DNA of 64,000 nucleotides from Macrostomum lignano (taxonomy: Eukaryota): positions 372,001-436,000 of the forward strand of contig NIVC01000040.1 in the NCBI GenBank assembly GCA_002269645.1. Direction: 5' to 3'. Under the pieces are notes generated by a model. That model ran no database searches. It saw only the letters and a list, made by a program, of their open reading frames with translations, and was not told where the DNA came from. Below are positions 24,016 to 35,151 of this stretch, in pieces. Each line of letters starts with the position of its first letter. Position 1 is the first letter of the stretch. Both the position numbers and the translations under genes were made by a program.

Positions 24016-25329
24016 TTAAGCAGTTTCAAATTCTCCACCCAATACTTGGCTGCTGCTAGTAGATGTAGTCCGAGTTCGTTGCGGAGCAGCTCTCTGATTT
24101 CCACCGGTAATATCTAATGCGCTCACCTCATCATCGTCGATATGACTCTCCACAGGAGCAGCGACAGGCATAAAATTAGCATTCGAAGAAGGCGACCGCG
24201 TTTTAATGTCATTCTTAGACTCCGTGTTATCTGCACCTGCTGCTGTAATATTATCAATTAAGGCCGAATCTGCCTGTGCATCACCGTCATCCTTGGCCTG
24301 GGCGGCTTCAGTCTCCTGAACAGACTGAACTGGTTCTTTTTTGTTCTTAAATTGACGCTTCAAGAGCATGATTAAACGAGATAAAGGACCTGAAAGACGT
24401 TAAAATTCATATCATTAAATTTGCTAGTCAATTCACAGATCAAATCAAGGCAAGCAGTCACACACATTCCCAATGGAGACGGTACTTAGGCAAAGAAGCA
24501 TCCCAGAGTCACTTGAGTCGTTGCTTTCACAGGTAAAATAGAAAAAGAAGTGACTCTAGACGACTCTAAGTCGCATCTGAGGCATGCCAGAGTCGCTGTA
24601 GAACCACTGAGTTGCATCTGCGTCACGTTATGAATTAGAATCGAATTTCACATTTATAACAGCTCTATTTAGTCTACTTGGGTTAAAAGAAAGTTAAGCG
24701 CTAACACAACGACTTTCTGTCGCATTACAGTCGTTTGAGTCGTTAAAACGTCACTAGTGAGTGGTTTCCAATGGCTGTTTAGCGATTCTTGTCAAGGTAA
24801 CGTTTTCACCGGGATTCAACGGGACAAAGGTAGTTGACTCACCTGACTTGCTGAACACGTCCCAAAGAAAGTAACAAATTCCAATGAAAGTACCAAAGCA
24901 TAACATGGCAGAATAAAAATAACCAGCTTTGGTAGTGCCGCTAGCAACATCTGTGCAATTTTTGTTGTCTACTTGTCCTGGCGGCCCTGAGGAACTGACA
25001 GTTGGACAATGACAGTCTCGTGATGGAGCAGGACTGGAACTGCTGGGTGAAGTTGTAGTCGCAGTTGTAGTAGATGTAGCGCTGCTAGTGACGGCACCGG
25101 CACATGGCCGCTGCCGAAGCAGGCAGTCATTATTAGCCCAGAGACGGCAGCAATGAGAACATATTGCCGGAATGCTTAACCTTGCATAATGGACTCGATC
25201 GAAGCATGGTCTGAGACAGTTCTCGGGTCTGTTAGTTCTATTTTTAAAGTAGGTAGGCCGGCAATCCTGCGGATTCGCCAATAATTTGCAGAACGCCAAT
25301 AACAGCACAACGGGAATCAGCCGCAACAT
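24016..25329 (-). CDS. Cys-rich type I membrane protein, paralog 2, about 286 aa, 2 exons
   Basis: Exon 24843-25329: signal peptide MLRLIPVVLLLAFCKLLA, NRT..CLRPCFD..CSHCCRLWANNDC, S/T stalk, CHC, TM GYFYSAMLCFGTFIGICYFLW. Donor G|GTGAGT, acceptor TTTCAG. Exon 24016-24389 in frame (GPLSRLIMLLKRQFKNKK.., acidic tail). Total 861 nt. Confidence 0.8.
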
Positions 25330-25499
25330 CGTGTGGTTACTGAAAATTAGAATGTAAAGAAAATGTATGAGGATGTAATTATTTCGTTTACATGGTTCCC
25401 ATAACAATAAGCTTGGTACAAACAATTAGAAATGACGAGTTTTGGAGAGACTTTTAAGGATTTCTACGAATAAACTACGACTAAGTTAACTCTCGGAGT

Positions 25500-26400
25500 T
25501 GTGATATTTCGGGTTTGTGCTATTTCGGGTTCATGGTATTTCGGGTTTGTGCTATTTCGGGTTTGTGCTATTTCGGGTTCATGGTATTTCGGGTTTGTGC
25601 TATTTCGGGTTTGTGCTATTTCGGGTTCATGGTATTTCGGGTTTGTGCTATTTCGGGTTCATGGTATTTCGGGTTTGTGCTATTTCGGGTTCATGGTATT
25701 TCGGGTTTGTGCTATTTCGGGTTTGTGCTATTTCGGGTTCATGGTATTTCGGGTTTGTGCTATTTCGGGTTTGTGCTATTTCGGGTTCATGGTATTTCGG
25801 GTTTGTGCTATTTCGGGTTTGTGCTATTTCGGGTTCATGGTATTTCGGGTTTGTGCTATTTTGGGTTTGTGCTATTTCGGGTTCATGGTATTTCGGGTTT
25901 GTGCTATTTCGGGTTTGTGCTATTTCGGGTTCATGGTATTTCGGGTTTGTGATATTTCGGGTTCATGGTATTTCGTGTTTGTGATATTTCGTGTTGGTCA
26001 TATTTCGGGTTTGTGATTTTTCGTGTTTGCGATACTTCGGGTTTGTGATATTTCGGGTTAGCGATATTTCGGGTTAGCGATATTTCGGGTTTGCACTATT
26101 TCGGGTTTGTGATATTTCGGGTTTGTGATATTTCGGGTTCATGGTATTTCGTGTTGGTCATATTTCGGGTTTGTGATATTTCGGGTTTGCGATACTTCGG
26201 GTTTGTGATATTTCGGGTTAGCGATAGTTCGGGTTAGCGATATTTTGGGTTTGCACTATTTCGGGTTTGCACTATTTCGGGTTTGTGATATTTCGGGTTT
26301 GTGATATTTCGGGTTTGCGATACTTCGGGTTTGCACTATTTCGGGTTAGCGATATTTCGGGTTTGTGATATTTCGGGTTTGTGATATTTCGGGTTTGTGA
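25500..26400. repeat. 15-bp minisatellite with variant patterning
   Basis: TATTTCGGGTTTGTGC / TATTTCGGGTTCATGG type units, drifting to TATTTCGGGTTAGCGA-type variants rightwards. Confidence 0.95.
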
Positions 26401-27094
26401 TCCCCCCACTACGATTATAGTAGTGTGTAACGCAAACAAAAAATGCAAGTCTATAAAATTGAGGACAGGAAAACCTTATACAATATTCGCATATATTATA
26501 AAGTCATCAAAATGTTTTTTGTGTAACATTAAACAAAGTTACATAGATTCCATCCTCTGCAATTTTTTAAAGTTAGACTTCAATTAATACGACAGCTGGG
26601 CAAAAGTTTGCGGACTGTGTTTTTTACTCTAAACGACAGGAATGAATTTTTTTAGTAACAAAAGTCAGTAAACAATAAACAAAGTCCGGAAATTTCTGCA
26701 ACAGTTATCGTACAACGGTTTAATAGGAGCCAATGAAAAAATATTTACACAAATTTTACAGTAGTAAAATTTAAGCAGCCAATATCACATTGCTTTAATT
26801 TAAAAAAATTACCAAAGCCATTATTCATGCACTAAAAAGCATACACACACCATGAGGCCTATGATTGGAATTAAAAAACTACGAGCTATGCAAAAGTTTA
26901 CGATAAAAGCTAAAAATGCTACTTAACAAGGCATTGTTTAGTAGTATAGTAAGTATAAGCTACAGATCGTGGGGTGATAAAATTGAGAAATTAACATAAG
27001 ACAAGTAAAAATATTCTATTATTTTTCTAAAAAATTGGTTAGAAGTTTCTTGTACTATCAAATTTCAGATTAGCTTATACCAGTTCGCACAAGG

Positions 27095-27311
27095 TCACAG
27101 CGGATCAATGCAAATTTCGCTGTTGCTCGGTGGGTCGCTAATCGGGTCTGAAATAAGTGGGAATGCGAGCTAATACGATAAAAATTTTACTTGACGTACA
27201 TGTAGTCTGTGTTTTGTTCGGTACACCTTAACTAATGGATGCATACATATTAACAGACAGGCAGACAGACAAGTAAAGGAGACAGACAGGCAGACAGACA
27301 GACAGACAGGC

Positions 27312-27350
<39 letters not shown>

Positions 27351-27456
27351 GAGACAGACAGACAGACAGGCAGACAGACAGACAGACAGACAGACAGACA
27401 GGCAGACAGACAGACAGACAGACAGGCAGACAGACAGACAGACAGACGAGTAAAGG

Positions 27457-27497
<41 letters not shown>

Positions 27498-27572
27498 GGC
27501 AGAAAGACAGACAGACAGGCAGACAGACAGACAGACAGACAGACAGGCAGACAGACAGACAGACAGACAGGC

Positions 27573-27644
<72 letters not shown>

Positions 27645-27653
27645 GAGTAAAGG

Positions 27654-27690
<37 letters not shown>

Positions 27691-27713
27691 GGCAGACAGG
27701 CAGACAGACAGGC

Positions 27714-27758
<45 letters not shown>

Positions 27759-27761
27759 GGC

Positions 27762-27837
<76 letters not shown>

Positions 27838-27903
27838 GAGTAAAGGAGACAGACAGACAGACAGACAGACAGGCAGACAGACAGACAGACAGACGAGTAA
27901 AGG

Positions 27904-27944
<41 letters not shown>

Positions 27945-27967
27945 GGCAGAAAGACAGACAGACAGGC

Positions 27968-28000
<33 letters not shown>

Positions 28001-28027
28001 GGCAGACAGACAGACAGACAGACAGGC

Positions 28028-28064
<37 letters not shown>

Positions 28065-28067
28065 GGC

Positions 28068-28139
<72 letters not shown>

Positions 28140-28148
28140 GAGTAAAGG

Positions 28149-28185
<37 letters not shown>

Positions 28186-28204
28186 GGCAGACAGGCAGAC
28201 AGGC

Positions 28205-28273
<69 letters not shown>

Positions 28274-28305
28274 GGCAGACAGACAGACAGACAGACGAGT
28301 AAAGG

Positions 28306-28342
<37 letters not shown>

Positions 28343-28349
28343 GGCAGAA

Positions 28350-28390
<41 letters not shown>

Positions 28391-28405
28391 GGCAGACAGA
28401 CAGGC

Positions 28406-28473
<68 letters not shown>

Positions 28474-28482
28474 GAGTAAAGG

Positions 28483-28519
<37 letters not shown>

Positions 28520-28542
28520 GGCAGACAGGCAGACAGACAGGC

Positions 28543-28615
<73 letters not shown>

Positions 28616-28647
28616 GGCAGACAGACAGACAGACAGACGAGTAAAGG

Positions 28648-28688
<41 letters not shown>

Positions 28689-28763
28689 GGCAGAAAGACA
28701 GACAGACAGGCAGACAGACAGACAGACAGACAGACAGACAGGCAGACAGACAGACAGACAGGC

Positions 28764-28843
<80 letters not shown>

Positions 28844-28852
28844 GAGTAAAGG

Positions 28853-28893
<41 letters not shown>

Positions 28894-28895
28894 GG

Positions 28896-28945
<50 letters not shown>

Positions 28946-28977
28946 GGCAGACAGACAGACAGACAGACGAGTAAAGG

Positions 28978-29018
<41 letters not shown>

Positions 29019-29021
29019 GGC

Positions 29022-29082
<61 letters not shown>

Positions 29083-29330
29083 GGCAGAAAGACAGACAGA
29101 CAGGCAGACAGACAGACAGACAGACAGGCAGGCAGGCAGACAGGCAGACAGACAGACAGACAGACAGACAGACAGGCAGGCAGGCAGACAGACAGACAGA
29201 CAGACAGGCAGGCAGGCAGGCAGACAGACAGACAGGCAGACAGACAGACAGACAGACAGGCAGGCAGGCAGACAGACAGACAGACAGACAGGCAGGCAGG
29301 CAGGCAGACAGACAGACAGGCAGACAGACA

Positions 29331-29363
<33 letters not shown>

Positions 29364-32300
29364 CCATCGAACCAGTCTCACCAGTCATCTCAGCCTCAGC
29401 TCGCACCAGATCCATCAAATCGCCATCCTGATGCAGCAGGGTGCCATCAGAACCCGCAGCGTTGGACGGCAGCTCCACAGTTGGCTGAGAGCCGCCGGCA
29501 GCTGGATCTTCATCATTGGTAGTATCGGTGTCATTCGAGTCGTAATCATAGTCCACTAATCTCCCAGCAGACGAGGAGGAGGAGGTCTCTTTTGGTGTCA
29601 CCTCGTGAAAGGCTTCGCCGTGCTCCAACAGCCAGGTGAACAATTCGCCGCGTTGCTTCGCCGGCAACTTGCAGTAGTTGATGAGGCGTCGATACAGACT
29701 CCCAACAGTGAGTCCCAGTTGTCTGCAGTCAGCTTGAAACTGCTGCAACCTGTGCTGGAAATCTGTGTCGCCAAAAGTGAAATAGACACAGGAGCGGCCA
29801 GTCACAGCGCAGGCCATCAGCTGGATTAGCGACTTCAATTGTAGATCGCCGCCGAATGCGCCGCAACCCCAGTTGCCCGTGGCAACGGGACGACGCTTGG
29901 ATTTATTTTTAACATTGGCCGGACCGCCAAATCCTACGAGAGCTTTGTGCAGCTCTCTGTCGATAGCGGATTTGTTAAACTGTTGTTTGTAGCCTGCGGC
30001 ACCGCGACTGTAGCATCTGGCGTCAATGGCAACCAGCTTGGTTACCAGGCGACGGTTGGTGTCGCGAGGCCGAGTATCGGTGTGATCTCCGTTCCATTGG
30101 AATGTGCCTGTTGGTTGGGATGGAGAGAAAGGAGCCATGAAATGAGAGATGAGAAATGAGAGATGAGATAGGAGAGATGAGATAGGAGAGATGAGATAGA
30201 AGAGATGAGATAGGAGAGTCGATATAGGCGAGACGAGAGAGAAGATATTCTGAGAAAGGATAATAATAATAATATATGTACAACCGACAGCTCAGCGCAG
30301 CTATTACGCGGCGCATCTGAAGGCGTCAAGGACTGGGGGGTCGCCACACACACCCTCAATTACCCCAGCTAATGCTGGCAGCCATTTTACAGCTGGGTGA
30401 ACTGAGGCCATGCAGAGTTAAGCGTACGTCTTGCTCAAGGACACAAATTGTTCCGAGTGGCATCGGGAATCGAACCCCAGACCTTCAAGTCGTAATTTGG
30501 ACGCTCTAACCACTGGGCTACAACCTTCTGAATCTGAGAAATAAATAAATATGATAAGACAATATACGACTACTTTTAGGGATATCAAATGAGGATCAAG
30601 ACAATAAAATTAGAGAAAAAACTTAGCAGCCACTCACTGGAGTAGCCAGTGTAGTTGGAGTAGCGTTCGGCTCCGGTGATCCACAGCGCTTCGCCGTCCT
30701 CCAAGGACTCGGCCAGCAGGCGGGAGAGCAGCAGCTCCGGACAGATGAGGAAGCGAATCTCTTCCTGCATGTTGGGATGATTTGAAAGTGACTTAAATGT
30801 ATAAAGGGAAATTTATCGTAGCTAGCAGGAGGATCTGGGAGGCTGGCCCAGCAACTGAGGATCTGGGAGGCTGGCCCAGCAACTGAGGATCTGGGAGACT
30901 GGCCCAGCAACTGAGGATCTGGGAGACTGGCCCAGCAACTGAGGATCTGGGAGGCTGGTCCAGCAACTGGGGATCTGGGAGGCTGGCCCAGCAACTGAGG
31001 ATCTGGGAGGCTGGTCCAGCAACTGGGGATCTGGGAGGCTGGCCCAGCAACTGAGGATCTGGGAGGCTGGCCCAGCAACTGTGGATCTGGGAGGCTGGCC
31101 CAGCAACTGGGGATCTGAGAGGCTGGTCCAGCAACTGAGGATCTGGGAGGCTGGCCCAACAACCAGGGATCTGAGAGACTGGTCCAGCAACTGGGGATCT
31201 GAGAGGCTGGTCCAGCAACTGGGGATCTGGGAAGCTGGCCCAGCAACTGGGGATCTGGGAGGCTGGCCCAGCAACTGGGGATCTGAGAGGCTGGCCCAGC
31301 AACTGGGGATCTGAGAGGCTGGTCCAGCAACTGAGGATCTGGGAGGCTGGTCCAGCAACTGAGGATCTGGGAGGCTGGCCCAGCAACTGAGGATCTGAGA
31401 GGCTGGTCCAGCAACTGAGGATCTGGGAGGCTGGCCCAGCAACTGGGGATCTGGGAGGCTGGCCCAGCAACTGAGGATCTGGGAGGCTGGCCCAGCAACT
31501 GGGGATCTGGGAGGCTGGCCCAGCAACTGGGGATCTGAGAGGCTGGCCCAGCAACTGGGGATCTGAGAGGCTGGCCCAGCAACTGGGGATCTGGGAGACT
31601 CGCCCAGCAACTGGGGATCTGAGAGGCTGGCCTAGCAACTGGGGATCTGGGAGACTGGCCCAGCAACTGGGGATCTGGGAGGCTGGCCCAGCAACTGAGG
31701 ATCTAGGAGGCTGGCCCAGCAACTGGGGATCTGGGAGGCTGGCCCAGCAACTGGGGATCTGAGAGGCTGGCCCAGCAACTGGGGATCTGAGAGGCTGGCC
31801 CAGCAACTGGGGATCTGGGAGACTGGCCCAGCAACTGGGGATCTGGGAGACTGGCCCAGCAACTGGGGATCTGAGAGGCTGGCCCAGCAACTGAGGATCT
31901 AGGAGGCTGGCCCAGCAACTGGGGATCTGGGAGGCTGGCACAGCAACTGGGGATCTGGGAGGCTTGCCCAGCAACTGAGGATCTGAGAGGCCTCACTCTG
32001 CATTACCAAAAAACCCGAGCGCACCTGCACCAGGCCGCGCCCCAGCACGCCGCCCCCGATGTAGGCGTTGGCGAAGTCCACCTCCAGCATGCCGGCACCG
32101 TCATCCTCGATGGTGCCCTCTGCGGCCGCCAGCAGATCAGGCAGCAGTTCAGTCCGAGCTGACCAGTCTATGCGTTCGTTTATCACTCGACGACTAAACG
32201 TGACAACGCCCAGAGGATCTGCGAGAGTTGTACGCTTTAACAATTATGATTGGAACAAAATTGAATCAGTCAGTCAGTCAGAGACACACATCAAAACCAG

Positions 32301-35151
32301 GCAGAATTTAGCTGACTTCACTTTTGTCCACTGTCTTCTACAGAACTCTCAATAATCTGTTTAACTGTCAACCGCACTCAGCCGAGTGCGCAGGAGAGGT
32401 TATATTATAGCCTGCTTTTGGGAGAGTCTATTAAAACTTTAAGCAATTCCAATTCTTCTATCACGGAACAAAGCAATTTTATTATCGGTAACCGAATAGA
32501 GATGAAATTTACTAGCAAAGCTGTTCTGCTACTGGTAGGATTCGTTCTAATTCTAAACAACCAAATTGAAAGCGTCCAAAGTGTACCAGCTGGTCAAGTT
32601 TCGAGCAAGTCAATCATGTTTCGCAGTCCGGCTGAACTCAAGCAGTACCTGAGAACGTTGAACGCTTTCTATGCCACTTTGGGACGGCCCAGGTAATTTA
32701 AATTCGTTTATATTCGCCATATTCACCACACATCGAAAGTCAAATGGTCGCTATGTACACTCTGTACAGTATTGGCGCGCTTGTACATATTTTTATACAA
32801 GAATTATTTATTCAATATTTCAGATACCGCAAGAGGTTTCACTTCGAAGCCTGAGTCAAACTGACCGACTGACTGGGAGGAACACCAAAAAAGCAAGGAT
32901 AATACAAAGCAATCTTGGACAAACCGTCAATAAAAAAATATAAAAGCTGGATATGCAAAATAATCAGCAATCAGAAAAACTAATTACAATGGATTGATGC
33001 TTGCTTATTTTGATTATTTATTAACTTTTTAGTCCGGGGTTCGATTCCCCATCTCACTGGAACAATTTGTGTCCTTGAGCAAGACACTTAACTCTGCATT
33101 GCTTCAGTTCACCCAGCTGTAAAATGGGTGCCAGCATTAGCTGGGGTAATTGAGGCTGTGTGTGGCGACCCCCCAGTCCTTGGACTGAACAGCCGTACGC
33201 AGCCTTCAGATGCGCCGCGCAATAGCTGGCCCATTAGGGCAGGTGCAATCAATTATGATTATCATTAGTAGTCGAAAAAATTAATCCCTAACCAAACAAA
33301 GTGTTGATAATGAATTAATTACCTTTAGTAGTAACTCTTTGGAAATAGTTGAACAAGCATTTCAGCTTTTCAATTCGGCGGGGGCAACCTGAACCGGCTG
33401 GACCTCCGGATGAGAACAGGCTGAAAATTAGTAGTACATCAGAAGAAGATGGTTAATAATCATAATACTGACAGAATGCTTTACATAATCCACTTCCATC
33501 TTATAACTCTCGAATGGTAAAATATCTACTCTTAACACTAAACCTTAAGGTTTGTGAGGGATTTCAAACCCCCAGTCGCTAACCCTAACCCTAATCCTTC
33601 GCCCCAGTCCCTAATCCTTCACCCTCAGTCTCTAATCCTTCACCCTCAGTCTCTAATCCTTCACCCTCAGTCTCTAATCCTTCACCCTCAGTCTCTAATC
33701 CTTCACCCTCAGTCTCTAATCCTTCACCCTCAGTCTCTAATCCTTCACCCTCAGTCTCTAATCCTTCACCCTCAGTCTCTAATCCTTCACCCTCAGTCCC
33801 TAATCCTTCACCCTCAGTCTCTAATCCTTCACCCTCAGTCCCTAATCCTTCACCCTCAGTCCCTAATCCTTCACCCTCAGTCTCTAATCCTTCACCCTCA
33901 GTCTCTAATCCTTCACCCTCAGTCTCTAATCCTTCACCCTCAGTCTCTAATCCTTCACCCTCAGTCTCTAATCATTCACCCTCAGTCTCTAATCCTTCAC
34001 CCTCAGTCTCTAATCCTTCACCCTCAGTCTCTAATCCTTCACCCTCAGTCTCTAATCCTTCACCCTCAGTCTCTAATCCTTCACCCTCAGTCTCTAATCC
34101 TTCACCCAAAAAAAGTAAACAAAAGCCAATATACTCCAACTCACGTGCTAAAATGTATGGTAGGGAAGTTGGCGTATTCCCTGTTAGCAAAGCTTCGCCT
34201 AGGAAAGGTGCTAAAAAATGCGTTAGCCAATAAGCTGGCCACCTGTAGCTGACTGAGCGTCACCTTGAGCTGATAGCCGCACCTCAGCAGAGGCGGAGGC
34301 GTAGTAACCAGATGCGGCAGAGCCAAGGCCAGCCTCACCATACCAGGCAAGACACGGTTGAGAAAGTGCCTCATCTCTCCCCTACCCAACTCCTCAGTTA
34401 GCAGACAATTGAGACTATCCAAGCACAAGCTAGACTGCCTACGCCCGCTGCACACGTTCAACACCGTAGCCAAATCGTCTATACCAATGGAGCTTGCTGG
34501 CTTGAGTTGATTCAAACTGTGCTCAATAGCTGACCATCGACTGGCATTACTGGGAGAGCAGGGCATTCTAACATGGCCGGAGTCCCATCTGTCAGAGAAC
34601 TCGGTTGGCCAAGGCTGCGGCGGCTGGCTGGATCTTGCCTGCTCGTAGAAATTGTCGATTCTAAATAGTACAGAGTGTCCTAGTCTAGGAGGGCAGCTGA
34701 AGGGCAGCCGGGCAAGATTCGGCTCAGGCCTCAAAGCCTCGAGCTGGCGACGCCAGTCGCGACAACTGGATGTCGATGCGACCGTCGACGAGCTGACGGC
34801 TCCGCCAGTAAGAAAATGCTGCAACCGCTGCGACTCCTCGTCATTGTCGTCGGTTTCCGTTTCTTCTGCTTCTTCCTCCGCAATCGGCTCTGTAGCGGAG
34901 CTTGTAACACTGTCGTCTGTTGGGACTCTCTTGACCTGGCTCTTCTGCTGTTCTGGATCTGCTGAAGCAACAGGATCAGTGTCCGATCGATTCAGCGAAG
35001 CCGGCGGTGGATTGCTAGACTCGCCAGCTTTTCTCGGGCTCCGACGCGTCGGTGGCGTTTGCTGAGAAGCCCGATGCTTGCGTTTTGTTGCTGCTTCTAG
35101 GGGAGACACGTCGGGTTGCTCCGGCTCTTGCTGAATCTTTCTACGCTTCAT
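27095..35151 (-). CDS. PARG: Poly(ADP-ribose) glycohydrolase, 6 exons
   Basis: Exons 34145-35151, 33323-33420, 32025-32218, 30638-30764, 29382-30107, 27095-27147 (last exon tentative), phase-consistent. Motifs [43 protein letters not shown]|[12 protein letters not shown] (catalytic GGG..QEE), [30 protein letters not shown]. Confidence 0.95.
27252..29362. repeat. 2.1-kb (GACA)n microsatellite with recurring interruptions, PARG intron 5
   Basis: GACA/GGCA runs with about 11 GAGTAAAGGA interruptions. Confidence 0.98.
30120..30245. repeat. GAGAT-rich simple repeat, PARG intron 4
   Basis: GAGATGAGATAGGA-type units. Confidence 0.85.
30260..30525 (-). mobile_element. tRNA-derived SINE with CORE-like central domain, near full length
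   Basis: A box TAGCCCAGTGG, B box GGTTCGATTCC, GTGTCCTTGAGCAAG..TTAACTCTGCATGGCCTCAGTTCACCCAGCTGTAAAATGG, (ATT)n tail. Confidence 0.85.
30828..31990. repeat. 28-bp minisatellite, about 41 copies, PARG intron 3
   Basis: GATCTGGGAGGCTGGCCCAGCAACTG(A/G)G; period 28. Confidence 0.97.
32502..32854 (+). CDS. npy/npf: Neuropeptide Y/F precursor, 73 aa, 2 exons, antisense within PARG intron 2
   Basis: Exon 32502-32692: signal peptide [18 protein letters not shown].. then [24 protein letters not shown](R). Phase-2 intron in the final Arg codon, as is typical of NPF genes. Exon 32824-32854 gives [14 protein letters not shown]-like near 32400, AATAAA near 32928. Confidence 0.88.
33031..33230 (+). mobile_element. 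5'-truncated copy of the same SINE, PARG intron 2
   Basis: B box GGTTCGATTCC, GTGTCCTTGAGCAAGACACTTAAC.. and GCCTTCAGATGCGCCGCG shared with 30260-30525, opposite orientation. Confidence 0.85.
33579..34107. repeat. 21-bp minisatellite, about 24 copies, PARG intron 1
   Basis: CCTTCACCCTCAGTCTCTAAT; preceded by CTAACCCTAACCCTAA. Confidence 0.97.

Noticed and set aside
25501-26016. Three overlapping hydrophobic repeat ORFs
   Set aside because: All frames are open because of the 15-bp repeat; no independent coding evidence.
27228-30138. 717-aa and 962-aa ORFs with CLSV repeats, the latter fused to the PARG C-terminus
   Set aside because: (CTGT)n lacks stop codons in these frames. A good GTGAGA donor at 29381 and an in-phase terminal exon at 27095-27147 explain the region. 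A poly-CLSV tail would need intron retention, for which I have no evidence.
30440-30525. Possible tRNA gene
   Set aside because: A and B boxes are present, but the sequence continues into a SINE core and tail shared with 33031-33230.
30828-31990. CRISPR-like appearance of the 28-bp and other regular repeats
   Set aside because: Units are head-to-tail with no unique spacers, there are no cas genes, and the context is eukaryotic.
30623-31996. Several 260-390-aa Pro/Ser/Gln-rich ORFs
   Set aside because: Translations of the 28-bp minisatellite inside PARG intron 3.
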